Positions 41,383 to 53,352 of a stretch of 64,000 bases of DNA are shown here, one piece after another. Numbering within the stretch: position 1 is the first letter of the stretch; every line of letters begins with the position of its first letter. Source of the stretch: Octopus vulgaris (taxonomy: Eukaryota); assembly GCA_951406725.2 (NCBI GenBank), contig OX597815.1, positions 69,006,001 through 69,070,000 of the forward strand, written 5' to 3'. A program made the position numbers and the translations under genes. The notes beneath the pieces are model-generated. The model was given only the letters and a program-made list of their open reading frames with translations. It did no database searches and was not told where the DNA came from.

Positions 41383-42821
41383 AAGCCTTGTGAGTGAATT
41401 TGGTTGATTGAAACTAAAAAGCCTGCGGCATATTTATAAGCATATGTTGTGTGTTTGTCACATTGTCTTGACATTGTAAACAAATATCTCCATCATACAA
41501 ATGGTTTTTGTTTTTCTCTCCAGTCTCCTATGCTTGCAAAGGAGTTGATTGAGGTAAATTTTCTATAACTACATTACCCATCCTGTTGCCAACCCTCACC
41601 TGATTTGAAACAAGGTAATATTTCCCCCATGACTGGGCATATATTCAGGAAAACTGAATGAGGTATTCTACTTGTATGATACTGACTGCCATTCATAACT
41701 ATTCCATGATGTCAAGACACAGACGGTCACATCCACAGACACACACAAAAAATGTGGTAGGCTTCTTTCAGTTTCCATTCACCAGATCCATTCATAAGGA
41801 TTTAGTCAGCCTCAGGCTATAACAGAATGTACTTGCCCAAAGTGCTAAGCAGTGACAACGGACCTGAAACCATTTGGTTAGAAAGTAAAAATTGGTAATG
41901 TAATAATTTTAAAAAAGATTATTAGCTGTTCAGTTAACTGTTTTGTTGATCTAGACATTTCTTACGATTACAAATATTACGTGTCCCACCCATGCTAAGA
42001 TGGAACACGGACGTTAAATGATGATGATGATGTTCCAAATTAGCATTCTGGTGTGGAACACACTAAATTTATACACAACAAATTTAGAGGTGATTTCAAA
42101 ATGGGAACTAGGATTGTGTCATTGTTATTAGAAACGATAGCAACCAGTGCAAAACAAACTTTGTAGTTTTTACTTTCATACTTTTTCACCCTACAATCTG
42201 ATCCCACTATAGTTGATTTTGCTTTTCAGCCTTATGAAATTTATTTTAAGTGCAGTTGATAGTTGAGGCACTAACGAAAATGATCTCTGTTTAACGATGT
42301 GGATTCAGTTGTTTGATCAATCGAATTAACGTAAAATCAGGTGACGCAGTGTCGCAGTATGAGACAAGGCTTTCGAAGTGTAGGTACAATCAACTATCTC
42401 ATGGCTTCTACCAAGTTTTACTCACTTGAGTTAGATAGACCAACGACAAAGGTTAAAGTCACTTGCCCAAGATGCCACAGAATGGGATCGAACTCGAGCC
42501 CTTGTCGATTTCGATGCGAGCTTCCTTACCATTCAGCCATGCTGCACCAAGCGAAATTCCTCTTATCCTTAACGGCTTCACATTTCATTGCCTTATATTA
42601 AATGTCAGTCAAGTTTTAGGGCGGCCTAATTGATTGATTCCTGTCGATTAATTTGATTTCGAGGATGTTGTCTGTTCTCAATCGTGTGTGCTAGCTCACG
42701 TTTGTGTTGACAAAGATGAGATATGATAATTGAGGTCTTACGATTGATTGCGGAAAACTGCTTTAAAAAATTCATCATGTGTACTTGCGCGCGAACGCGC
42801 ACACACACACACACGCTCGCA

Positions 42822-42880
<59 letters not shown>

Positions 42881-45578
42881 GATCAATATTGGTATGTAGA
42901 GTATGAACATTCATTTCATGCCACACCCAGGTGAAGGGACCACATATAATTTGCACTTAGCTCCATCCATACAACAGTAATTGCATCGTGGAAGATGTTT
43001 ATAAACCTACAGTTGTTTGTATGTTAGGTATTTTGACTGTCATACCAAGTCACATGTACTATTTTTTCTCCAATAATTAATATGATATGTATGTATTATA
43101 TTAATTCTCCCAATACACACTGTCGACTGTTTGTGTGTGTCGTGCAATTGATGGCTGCCCTGTGTCGGTAGGTGATGTCAGTGTGACTGGCTTCCACCGA
43201 CCAACTTCCCCATCCAGAGAGTCTTTGATCACTTGATATATATTCATGACAAATGACGTTAACTGAACTAGTTTGCTTCTGGTGATCGGTTTTACTTGGT
43301 TGAATGAACGATGCGACAGTTTGCTAGCCTATGGAAATCTCTAAGTAACATATTCTGAAAATATATCAGTTCTATGAAGCCAGATGGACACAAACGCATT
43401 GCGCCATGCTGCTGCTGTTGCTGTGTTATTGTTAGTGGTCTTGAAAGTTGTTTTGTGTGTGCGTGTGTGCGCGTGTGTATAATATATTTTGTATGATCTG
43501 TTTTATATATAAATGTATGCGCGTGTGTGCATATGTGTAGATACAACGTAAAGGAGATGAATGGCATTTTTTTTTACTGCAACGCGAACTGAATGTATAA
43601 ATGGTCGACCACACCCAAAATTACTGACCGAGGTGGAGTCGTGTCATTGTGACATCCCTGCTCCTTTCTTCATCTTTTACTTCACTACTGTCAACCTTCT
43701 CAGTCAAAACTGTTTCAATTTATTCAGTCATCATATCGTTTATAACCAACAGGTGCCTGTGTGAGTGTATGTGTGTGTAATTAATATGCTGCCGGTCTGT
43801 TTTTAAAGATTTTATCCATCACACTTTATTTTTACTTTGAATATAGCCAAGGCTTTTTTAAAAATATTTTACTACCGTCTTATGATAATAAAAACAACTG
43901 TTCACGGTGAGACATGCTCAGTGATCCAAATTTTACGAATCGGTTTCGGATCCCAGCTTGAGCTATTTCCTTTTACAAGTTTCCTGGGAGAAACTTGCAC
44001 GTCGTATCTTCCGATATGTCTTTTTTCTTTTTTTTTTTTTTTTTACGTAAAATATTAAAGTTTCCTGCTGGTGTATGAAATATTTTTATTATCTCAAAGT
44101 ATTATTAGATTGACAGAAACTTGTGCAGTGACTAGAGTGACCATCGCTATGTTGTCCAGCTCCTGTTTCCCTTCCCTGTTCTGATTTCAAACCCATCGTA
44201 ATCGACTTTACTTTTCGATCCCCTCCCTCCTTTCACACCTGCCACTGGAGATCAATAAAACGATCATCGAATCGAGTATATCTCCTCAACAAATTTCTGG
44301 TCTGGTGCCAATTTTAAAAATATCTCTTTCCTAATTCAAATCCCGCAGGAAAATGATATTCTTGTCGATCTTTATTTCATTGGCTTTGGAAATAAGAAAA
44401 TCAGGGACGAGTATATTTGCTCTATTTAAAAAAAATATTTTAAAATGGCCTTGTCAAACGAAATCACTTTTCTCCTCCGTATCAAGTAATCAAAATTATA
44501 TCATTATTGGCTTACATAGTCAACTGCCACAAAATCTCTAATGATTATATATTTTTGTCATTTTTTTTGTATGAAGTAATACATTTATCCGCATTTGTGT
44601 ATCGTATTTTGTGGTATTTTTACGACTGATATAATCCATTGACTTACACCAGCAAATGTTTGTTTTAAAATATCTTATATCTTTATATTTTATACAAGAT
44701 GAAATTAATAGAAAGTTGGGTTTTTTTTAATTATTAAAGGAACGCAAACATTTTTTTCTCTAGCAGACATCCCTGAACCATTTACTAGAATTTATTATAT
44801 TCCTTTATTTACTTCTTTGCTCTTCGACAGGAAAATTTCCTCTCGAAACTCATTTAATTTGTTTATTGATGGCTTGGTGGTTAGAGTGTTTGATTCATAA
44901 GATTGGGAATTCGATTGCTGGACATTGTGGCGTATTGTGTTCTTAAACAAGGCACTTCATTTCATGTTGCTCTAGTCTACTCAGGTAAAATGAATAATGC
45001 TCTTGTGCTGGCGCAGTCCTTTTTGCCTAGCTGTGTCAAAGGTGGAAAGGCCAAGAGAGTATCAAGGTCTGCTTGGTCTGCTATATAGGTACCAAGACAT
45101 TTAGTGAAAGTATGGTACATGTTACCATATCAAACTCGCCTGTGAATGATGTGATGTGGAGTCTTTGTTTTATTCATTTGCAAATATGTATCCTTGAGAT
45201 CTTATTCATAGAATCCCGACAGTATATTGTACTTTGATATGGTTTTGATTTTTATTTACAAGAAAGTGTTCCTTCTGTAAACGTTAACAGTCAAGTAGCC
45301 CCAACTTTCACTAATTTCTACTGTAACTATATTGAGTTAAACTTATTTGTGAAGTTTTTGCTTAACTCTATAAGGTTGAACTAAAAGCTGTACAACAAAA
45401 TGTTTCTTGTTTAAAAATCCTGGATTTGTATGATGGTGTCTGTGTAATATTGGTAATAATCTGATTCTTTCAAACTGATCGTATGAGAAAGATTAAGCTT
45501 ATTTATTGTATGATGAATTTAATGCACCAAAAAGAGAAAAATAGATTGCAAGTCTATTAATTATCATCTAACAAATAT

Positions 45579-45810
45579 CAGTTCTCAACAGGGGTCCATT
45601 TAAAATTTTGTAGTTAAAATTAATGTGCAATAAATTGGTTATATTCCTGCAGTACACAAAATATTTTAACTATTTTTTAAATACAATTCCTAATAATATT
45701 TATTTATAAAATATATATGATTTTTTAAACATTGCATGGCTAGGAGGGTCTATCTTTGTATTAATGAAACCCAAGGGATCCATAGGCAAAAAAATGATTG
45801 AAAAACACTG
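45579..45810. mobile_element. Related hAT MITE, more decayed
   Basis: CAGTTCTCAAC...TTGAAAAACACTG ends; ACAAATAT occurs on both flanks. Confidence 0.6.
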
Positions 45811-46574
45811 GACAAATATCTTTGAACCCATTTTATACAATCCCATCAGAATCTGCCTCTGATCTTCTGATACAAACTTTGTGTTTTAAAATGGTCTAAA
45901 TGTAAAATCTTCCCCAAAATTTCATGTTAATTTATGTTTCAAACATTAAATAATGATAAAGTTATTTTGTTAAATTCTTCATTATTCTGATAATAATAGG
46001 TTTGAATTGCAATATGGTAACAAAAAGGTCAAGTTTTCCCATTTATATTTTCATTCAATTTGATTGTTACTATTTGTTTCAAGTCTATTCGATCTTGGAA
46101 GTATTCCAAGTCCTGGATCATTCATACTTAAACACTGTGTTGTTCATAGCAGTTGGAGGCAGTATAGCATTACACGACTACAGCAAGTACATAATCACTG
46201 GATCAGAATTCATAATTAGCAAGTATTTATTGGATCTCAAAAACATTCTGAGTGTTGGATTGACAGTAAGCAGCCAGTCAGTCAATAATAAAAAAAAAGG
46301 CTGAAGACAGTATGGGGGGGGGGGGAGAAGGAGCTGTGGGCTTATTGCTGCTCTTGTTATTAGGTTAAACTGATTCATAGTGATTTGGTGCTGATGAATT
46401 GGTAGATCATTAGAATGTTGGATAGAATGTGAATTTTAAATCCTAATAAATTCATCATTACTTTTCATCATTTCCTTGGGTAGTCACACTGGGTAGCACC
46501 TTGGGCAAGTGTTTTCTGTTATAGCTCCATGCCAACTAAGAAAGTAGCATATTGTATGTGTGTGTGTATCCTGC

Positions 46575-46723
46575 CACATTTTTTCCTTTTTCCATCCTTT
46601 TCTGTTGAAGAGCACGGGCTCAAAATGTCAAAGACTTTTCCATTTTCCCCAACATCAAACTAATACACCTTGCTTGTTGTTCCCTCACCTGTCTCTGCCT
46701 TTTGTTTTTTGTACATTTGAACT
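46575..46723 (+). mobile_element. Related hammerhead-bearing element (copy 2, CpG-decayed)
   Basis: UUUU-CUGUUGA-A-GAGC-ACGG-GCUC-AAAAU-GUC-AAAG at about 46598-46633. The downstream 90 bp align with copy 3. Confidence 0.6.
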
Positions 46724-47649
46724 GTGCACATGCATGCACACACACACAGATGTGTGTGTGTATCTAAACCTTGACATTGTGTGATGGTTGTAAATAAACA
46801 TCACCTTCATACAAGTGATGTTCTAGTCTTCCATGGAAAATATTTCTGGTCAGGGGAAATATTACCTTGCTTGGAAGCAGGTGAGGGCTGGTGGTAGGAA
46901 GGACATCAGACCATAAAATATCTGTCTTAAATTCCATCTAACCAATACAAGCATTAAAAAGTGGATGTTAAATGATGGTGATGGTGGACTGGTGAAACTG
47001 TTGAAGAGTTGGGCTAGATGTCTTTTGGTTCCAGCTCTTAATGTTCTGACAGCAACAGTTGTAATGAAACTGTTGTCAAACTGTATCAATCCAAGTCAGT
47101 GGCCTTCACTTTGGATAAACATTGATGGTATAGAGAGGTGAGACTTGAATGTATGAAAAAATATCAGTCTTCCTGTAGAATTCTTTCTCAAGCCTGCACT
47201 TACATATGTAGATGCAGGGCCAACCTTCAATATAAACTAATTGCTTGGCACTGGTATGGTGCAGGAATATACTGTTACCAATTTTTGGTCTTTTCTGGTA
47301 AGTATTAAATAGATCCATGAGGTTTTTGGTAATCAACAGTGAATCTTTGGTTGTCAGATTAACCTAATCTTACTTACTGTCATGTAATGTAGAGTTATCT
47401 TTGAGGGTCTGTAAATGTCAGACGTTTTAAGTATTTTGTATACTGTTACTGCTTTCAGATATTGGTCTGTGGCCATTTTGGCATACATTCTTGAAGGATG
47501 CAAACCAGTAAATTGACTGTGTTACTTATTTTGGTGGCATCAGAATGATAAAAGGCAAAGTTGATCTAAGTAGGATTTGTTCTTAGAACATAAAGGAATG
47601 TAGCTAGCTAAACACCTGTCCTTTGAGCATGCGTGTGTGAATGTATATA

Positions 47650-48841
47650 CAGGGGTTGGACAAATTAATGGAACACCTAAAAAATGTCAAGCAAATTTAT
47701 TTTAATATGGGGTAGGACTGCCTTTGGTAGTAATTACAGCTTGAATTCTATGAGGTATGGACTCATACAAAGTTTGAATTGTTTCCAAAGGAATGTTCTT
47801 CAGCTAAAACAGTCTCCAGTTCTTATAGTGATGATGGTGGAGGATATCGACTCTTTACTTGTTTTTCTAAAATGCACCATAAATGTTAAATAATATTGAG
47901 ATCTGGGAACTTTGGTGGCCAGATAAGATGTTCAACTTCACTAGAATGTTTTTTGTGCCATTCAGTAACAACTTTATCTGTGTAAATTGGTGCATTATCA
48001 TCATGAAAGATGGCATTTCCCTCTGGAAACAGTTCCGCAATCATAGGATGAATTTGATCAGATAAAATGCTTAGTCTTGACTATTAATTTTGCCATGAAA
48101 GGAAACCATTGGGCTAGTGGATTTCCAAGATATAGCCTCCCAGATCATCACAGATCCTCCATGTTTAACAGTTGGAAGAAGGTAGTCTGGGTCAAATACT
48201 TCTTTTGGCTGTCTCCGTACGTATACTCGGCTGGTGGTCAGAAGTAAGGTAAAGGATCACTCGTTTAAGAAATTGACATTCTTCCACTGCTCTGGGGACC
48301 AATTCTGTAGGTTTTTATTCCACTCTAAACGCTTTACAATGTTTGTTTTTAAAAGTAGTGGTTTTCTGATTGCAGCCCTCCCATGAAATCTGGCTTTGTG
48401 TAGCTCCTGGTGAACAGTTTTTGTGGAAACTGGGTTCTGAAGGTGGTCATTAAGCTCTGCAGTAATTTTGGGAGCTGAAAGTTTTGGTTTTCTTCCAGAG
48501 TTTTGTTTCAACAAGGTTTTTTCCTCTTTCTCAAAGGCTGTCATTACTTTCGAGACAGTACTTCTTGATACACCAAACATTTCGGCTGATATTGGTATGC
48601 TAGTGCCTGCCATACGAACACCAACAATTTGACCTCTTTGAAAGTCTGATAGATCTGTCATTTTAATGAATTTTAGTTGCCTTTTTCTGATGATATCTGA
48701 AAAGAAACAGCAATTTTAGCAAAACATATTAAGCAACACTATAATAAATCAAAAAACATAAAAATAAACAAGCTTTTGACGGCTTTATAGATATTTCAAA
48801 ATTATGATGCTAAGTGTTTCCATTATTTTGTCCAACCCCTG
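47650..48841 (-). mobile_element. Tc1-type transposon with DD36E spacing (Incomer-like), decayed
   Basis: TIRs CAGGGGTTGGACAAA.TAATGGAA(A)CAC at both ends, TA on the left. Minus-strand transposase MTDLSDFQRGQIVG...TVKHGGSVMIW...FHDDNAPIYT...WPPKFPDLNII*HL, with 36 residues between D and the E position (now TAA). Confidence 0.92.
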
Positions 48842-49295
48842 TGTGTATATGTATAAAGATCACACATCTCTCTCACTATCTTTTATCTTTTTTCAGTCAT
48901 TAGACTGAGGCCATGCTGGGATACCACCTTGAAGTTTTAGTCAAATGAATCGTCCCCCTTCCCCCATGACTTATTTTTAAAGCCTGGTACTTATTCTATC
49001 AGTCACTTTGGCTGAACTGCTAAATTACGAAGATGCAAACATACCAACACTGGTTGTCAAGTGGTGGAATGGGGGGACAAACAGACACAAAGACATACAC
49101 ACACATAGATACATAGATAGATATAGATACATATATATATATATATATGATGGGTTTCTTTCAGTTTCTGTCTACCAAATCCACTCACAAGGCTTTAATC
49201 AACCTGTGACTATAGAAGGCACTTGCTCAAGGTGCCATGCCGTGGGACTGAACCTAGAACCATGTAGTTGGGAAGCAAGGTACTTTCCACGCTTG

Positions 49296-49323
<28 letters not shown>

Positions 49324-49333
<10 letters not shown>

Positions 49334-50189
49334 AAAAATTATATATAAAAATACAAAATGGGACAAGAACGCAAAACACACAAAGAGACGACACAAAAAA
49401 CGGACGGGTCATTCGAAGCCTCTAATCTTCAGTCAGGAACTGGATCATTCTAGCAATTTCGGCTGATTAATCCTGATATCGCTCTGATCCGGCCAGCCCC
49501 AAGGAAAAACTAAGCTGCAAGCATTAGATTTCTTGGAAAAGGATTGAATGTCTCCCCCACTCTCTCACATTTCTCTGTCTTTCTCACTTTGCACCACTGA
49601 TTCTGTTGCCAAGCCAATCCTTGCTCTGTTTCTCCCCCCCCCCCCCCGGTGTCTTTGTCCCTCTTTTTCTCTCTCTCTTTAATTCCTTTGCCCCCCGGTT
49701 TTCTCTCTCTTCTTCTCTCCTCTCACGTGACCGCTGGTTAACTAGCCTTTCGGCCTTTGACCGACGCCACGACAACACCGTTTTCTTCGTCTGCCGCAAA
49801 GGCATTTATTTCAAAATACGCCAGCTAAGATAAGTTAAACTGTCTAAAGTTGTAAGACACCCGCTGTTTTTGTCCTGTTATTACTATTCTTGTTTTTTAT
49901 TTTTGTTTTTTGTATTTATATTCGTGTGGCATCGTCCGTTTTTCTGTCCTTGTTTCGTATACATTCGATTCTTTTTCCAAGAAATCTAATGCTCGCAGCT
50001 TAGTTTTTCCTTGGGGCTGGCCGGATTGGAGCGATATCAGGATTAATCAGCCGAAATTGCTAGGATGATCCGGTTCCTGACTGAAGATTAGAGGCTTCGA
50101 ATGACCCGTCCGTTTTTTGTGTTGTCTCTTTGTGTGTTTTGCATTCTTGTCCCATTTTGTATTTTTATATATAATTTTTATACATATAT
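49324..50189. mobile_element. About 228-bp near-perfect inverted repeat around a 410-bp spacer; possibly a Penelope-like inverted pLTR arrangement
   Basis: 49324-49551 is the reverse complement of 49961-50189 (the ORF track gives near-identical peptides on opposite strands). Embedded in (TA)n. Confidence 0.7.
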
Positions 50190-50235
50190 TATTGCGGCAT
50201 AACGTACACCTTGTTCTCTTATGTATATATATATA

Positions 50236-50537
50236 TGACAGCACTAAGCAGTGATGTATATAAAAACAAACTTATGTTACCAGTTCAAATATGCTTGAGG
50301 CATGTTTGAACCAGCAAGAAAGCCATTCACTGTATTTGTCATGGGGGAAATTTCTCACTGCAGATAAATAGGTACAAATACACTGGGTCAGCACACAGCA
50401 CAACTTAACCAGACTGAGAGATGTATGTATTTCAGAGTGGTTATTTTGTTTTCTTCCACAGAGATTGGAAAGACAGGCACTGTGAACTGGTAACAAGTTT
50501 CTATTTATACACAGCTCTGCTTAGTGCTGTCACCCTG
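50236..50537. mobile_element. MITE with about 50-bp TIRs, plus an adjacent inverted partial copy (about 50633-50837)
   Basis: TGACAGCACTAAGCAG..GTTACCAGTTCA / TGAACTGGTAAC..CTGCTTAGTGCTGTCA. The second copy is the reverse complement of about 50275-50480. Confidence 0.8.
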
Positions 50538-51220
50538 AATTTTATTTACTGCAAGCTGCTGAATATCACAGTTAATCATTGAATGATGATAGGGATATCA
50601 TAAGAAAGACCTGTCTCTCATATCAGTTTGTGGCACCTGCTTTTCCAGTCTCTGTAGCTGAAGAGGAGATCACTACTCTGAAATGCATGCATCCCACAGT
50701 CTAGTTAGGTGGTGCTGTAAGCTGACTTGGTGTATTTGTACCTATTTGTCTGCAGTGAAAAATTTTCAAAATACAATGAATGGCTTTCTTGCAGGTTCAA
50801 GCATGCCTCAAGCATATTTGAACTGGCAACAAGTTTGCATGTATATATATATATATATAATGTTCACATAAAAAGTTTATATAGTTATAATTAATCCTTC
50901 TCTAAAGATCCACATCATTTTGTTTAGTTGTGGTTTAACTTTCTGTTATTATACTTTTCTCATAAACCACTTTTGTTTATGCTATTAATATGGCACCTGT
51001 TTAGATTACTTCTGTGTGTAAACATTCTTGAGATGTTTCTTTATCTTTAATCTGTTGAGCTCAGCCATTTATCAGTCAAATTTGAATGCTTTTGCTTTTT
51101 CTAACTCAAGAAGCTTGGGTGATGAATGAGATTAATATTTTTTTTTATCAGATCAGCATCACATAATTTAATGTTACAGAATGATTATGTCCAGTGCTAC
51201 TCCAAAGAATGTCACAATGC

Positions 51221-51400
51221 TATTGGGTTGTCCAGAAAGTTTGTGCCAATTTATAGTAGCTTACCTTTCAACTTATTTTAGAACATGGTTGAGTCCATAA
51301 AATAGGATTTTACTACACTTCCATTTAGAACACAGTTTAAGCTATCTTTTCATGGAAGAAGGTTTATGTTCCTATAACCTGTGTTAATTCTGTAACCCTT
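51221..51400. mobile_element. Mariner-like terminal fragment
   Basis: TA-TTGGGTTGTCCAGAAAGTTTGTGCCAATT resembles mariner TIRs. No partner end seen. Confidence 0.5.
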
Positions 51401-52968
51401 TTCAGTTTCCATCTACTAGATCTACCCACAAGGCTTTAGATAGCCTGGGGCTATAGTAGAAGACACTTGCTGAAGGTGACATGTTGTGGGCCTGAGCCCA
51501 AGATCATATGATTGGTAAATGAACTGCTTACTCACTCAGCCATACCTGTATACCTGTGCACACTCTCTTCTATCTATAGTAATACATTATTTAGTGTTGC
51601 ATCATTAAACAATGATTTGTTTAAGCAGAGACAGTATTTTTAGTGCTACATCGCTACATTATTATTATTATAGCAAGCAGGCAAGGTGGCAAGCTGGCAG
51701 AATTGTTAGCATGATGGATGAAATGCTTAGCAGTATTTTGCCCGTTGCTATGTTCTGAGTTCAAATTCCACCGAGTTCAACTTTGCCTTATATCCTTTCA
51801 GGGTCGATAAATGAAGTACCTGTGAAACACTGGACGATGTAATTGACTTGTCCCCTCCCCCCAAATTTCAAGCCTTGTGCCCAAAGTAGAAAGGATTATC
51901 ATTGCAAGCAGAAGCCATGGAAATTTCACATTTTTATAAAACTTCTTTTATTTTGCTGCATAAATGTATATGCCTTTATAACATCATTTCATTATTTAAA
52001 AGATTTCTATGTCAATGAGCGTATAATTCTCTGACATTGTCTTTTAGTTTGAATATTTCTCAAATTAAGCGACCATTCCATGTTCAGGTTTGCATGTTAC
52101 TTTCTGTAAGTTCTTCCTCATATTCTGACTTGTATTTCATTCGTTTTATTTTGTCACACTTCTATCTATCTTTTGATATTATTGTATACAGTTAGTTTGC
52201 TGTTCAATGTCTAGGGAGGGTTCTCTCTTTGTATCTGTTAACTTTTCTCAGATACCATTAGTATCCTGCAATTTCATGTTCAATCTTGTCGGCTCTTTTT
52301 CATTTTATCTCTTGGTTTTATCCTAAGTTTATTGTGTTTTCCTTTCTCCTTTCTCTTTGTTCGTCACTTGTCCATTGCCTGTATCTTCTCATGTCTTATT
52401 CTTTCATTGCTTCAGAGACTTTGATTTTATTTCATAGAGAATGTTCTGTAATAGGAAGTGAAAATAAATAGGTATTGCTTTGCTCAAGTGTAAAAAAGGT
52501 AATTAAGAATAACAAAGAACTAGAATATCTTTCTTGCTATCGTACTGTCTGCTGTCCCATGTTAGTAAAAGTGAAGGTGGAATAAAATAAATAAAATTTA
52601 AGAACAACATTTTTACCTCGAGAAAGAAATTCAGTAACTAGTGTCTTTTGAGAGAATTAACTTATCCTGGTGGCCATTTATTGTAAGGGAGATAATCATT
52701 TCTAGATAAATTTTGGTGGGATTACAAGTTTGAATTTTAAATTGAAGATCAACAAAAAAGATGCATTGGATATATGATTTAAGTTTTTTTGATTACTCAT
52801 TACAAAATAAAATAAAAAATTTCTAAGCTTCTGTTAGAAATTGTCAGCATGACTTAACCTGAGGCAAATGAATTAAACTAAATTAAACATTTTCCATGTT
52901 TTCATCATAACTTTAGATAAACCTCACACAAAATTGCATTACATATTATGATGTAAAGTTATTAAAGA

Positions 52969-53352
52969 CTAGCAGTATCGCCCGGCGTTGCTCAGGTTTG
53001 TCAGGGAAATAACTATAAAGCATTTTTAGAGAGTTATAGCCAAAAAATAGCAAAAAAATGGAAAAAAATGGTAAATTTTTTTTTGGGATTTAAAAAAGGT
53101 GGAGTTGCGTCCCCTAGACAGTTTGTGGTTTGTGTTTCTCATTGTCGACCCCATGTTGAATTTATCGATTTTTTTCAGAACTGGGGGAACTTTTCAAAAT
53201 TTTCGCTGCGTTAGTTTTGAATTATGACATTGGGCTATGTGTGTGTCAAGTTTCATCAGAATCGGTTGAAAGCTGTGGTCAGGGTGAGGGTACAAGCAAA
53301 CAGACACACAGAAACACGCACAGACAAACTGCCGTTTATATATAGAGAGAGA
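52969..53352 (-). mobile_element. Non-autonomous Helitron
   Basis: The minus strand starts A|TCTCTCTCTATATATAAAC, then a GTCT/GT microsatellite, and ends with hairpin CCTGAGCAACGCCGGG followed by CGATACTG-CTAG|T. AT target site, no TSD. Confidence 0.85.

Noticed and set aside
43915-43965. CAG|TGATCCA as the next NEDD4 exon (S-DP...)
   Set aside because: Translates to DPNFTNRF rather than DPYV, and has no pyrimidine tract.
50075-50115. CTGAAGA...GAATGACCCGTC in the inverted-repeat arm as a hammerhead
   Set aside because: No convincing stem II, GAAU instead of GAAA, and stem I does not pair.
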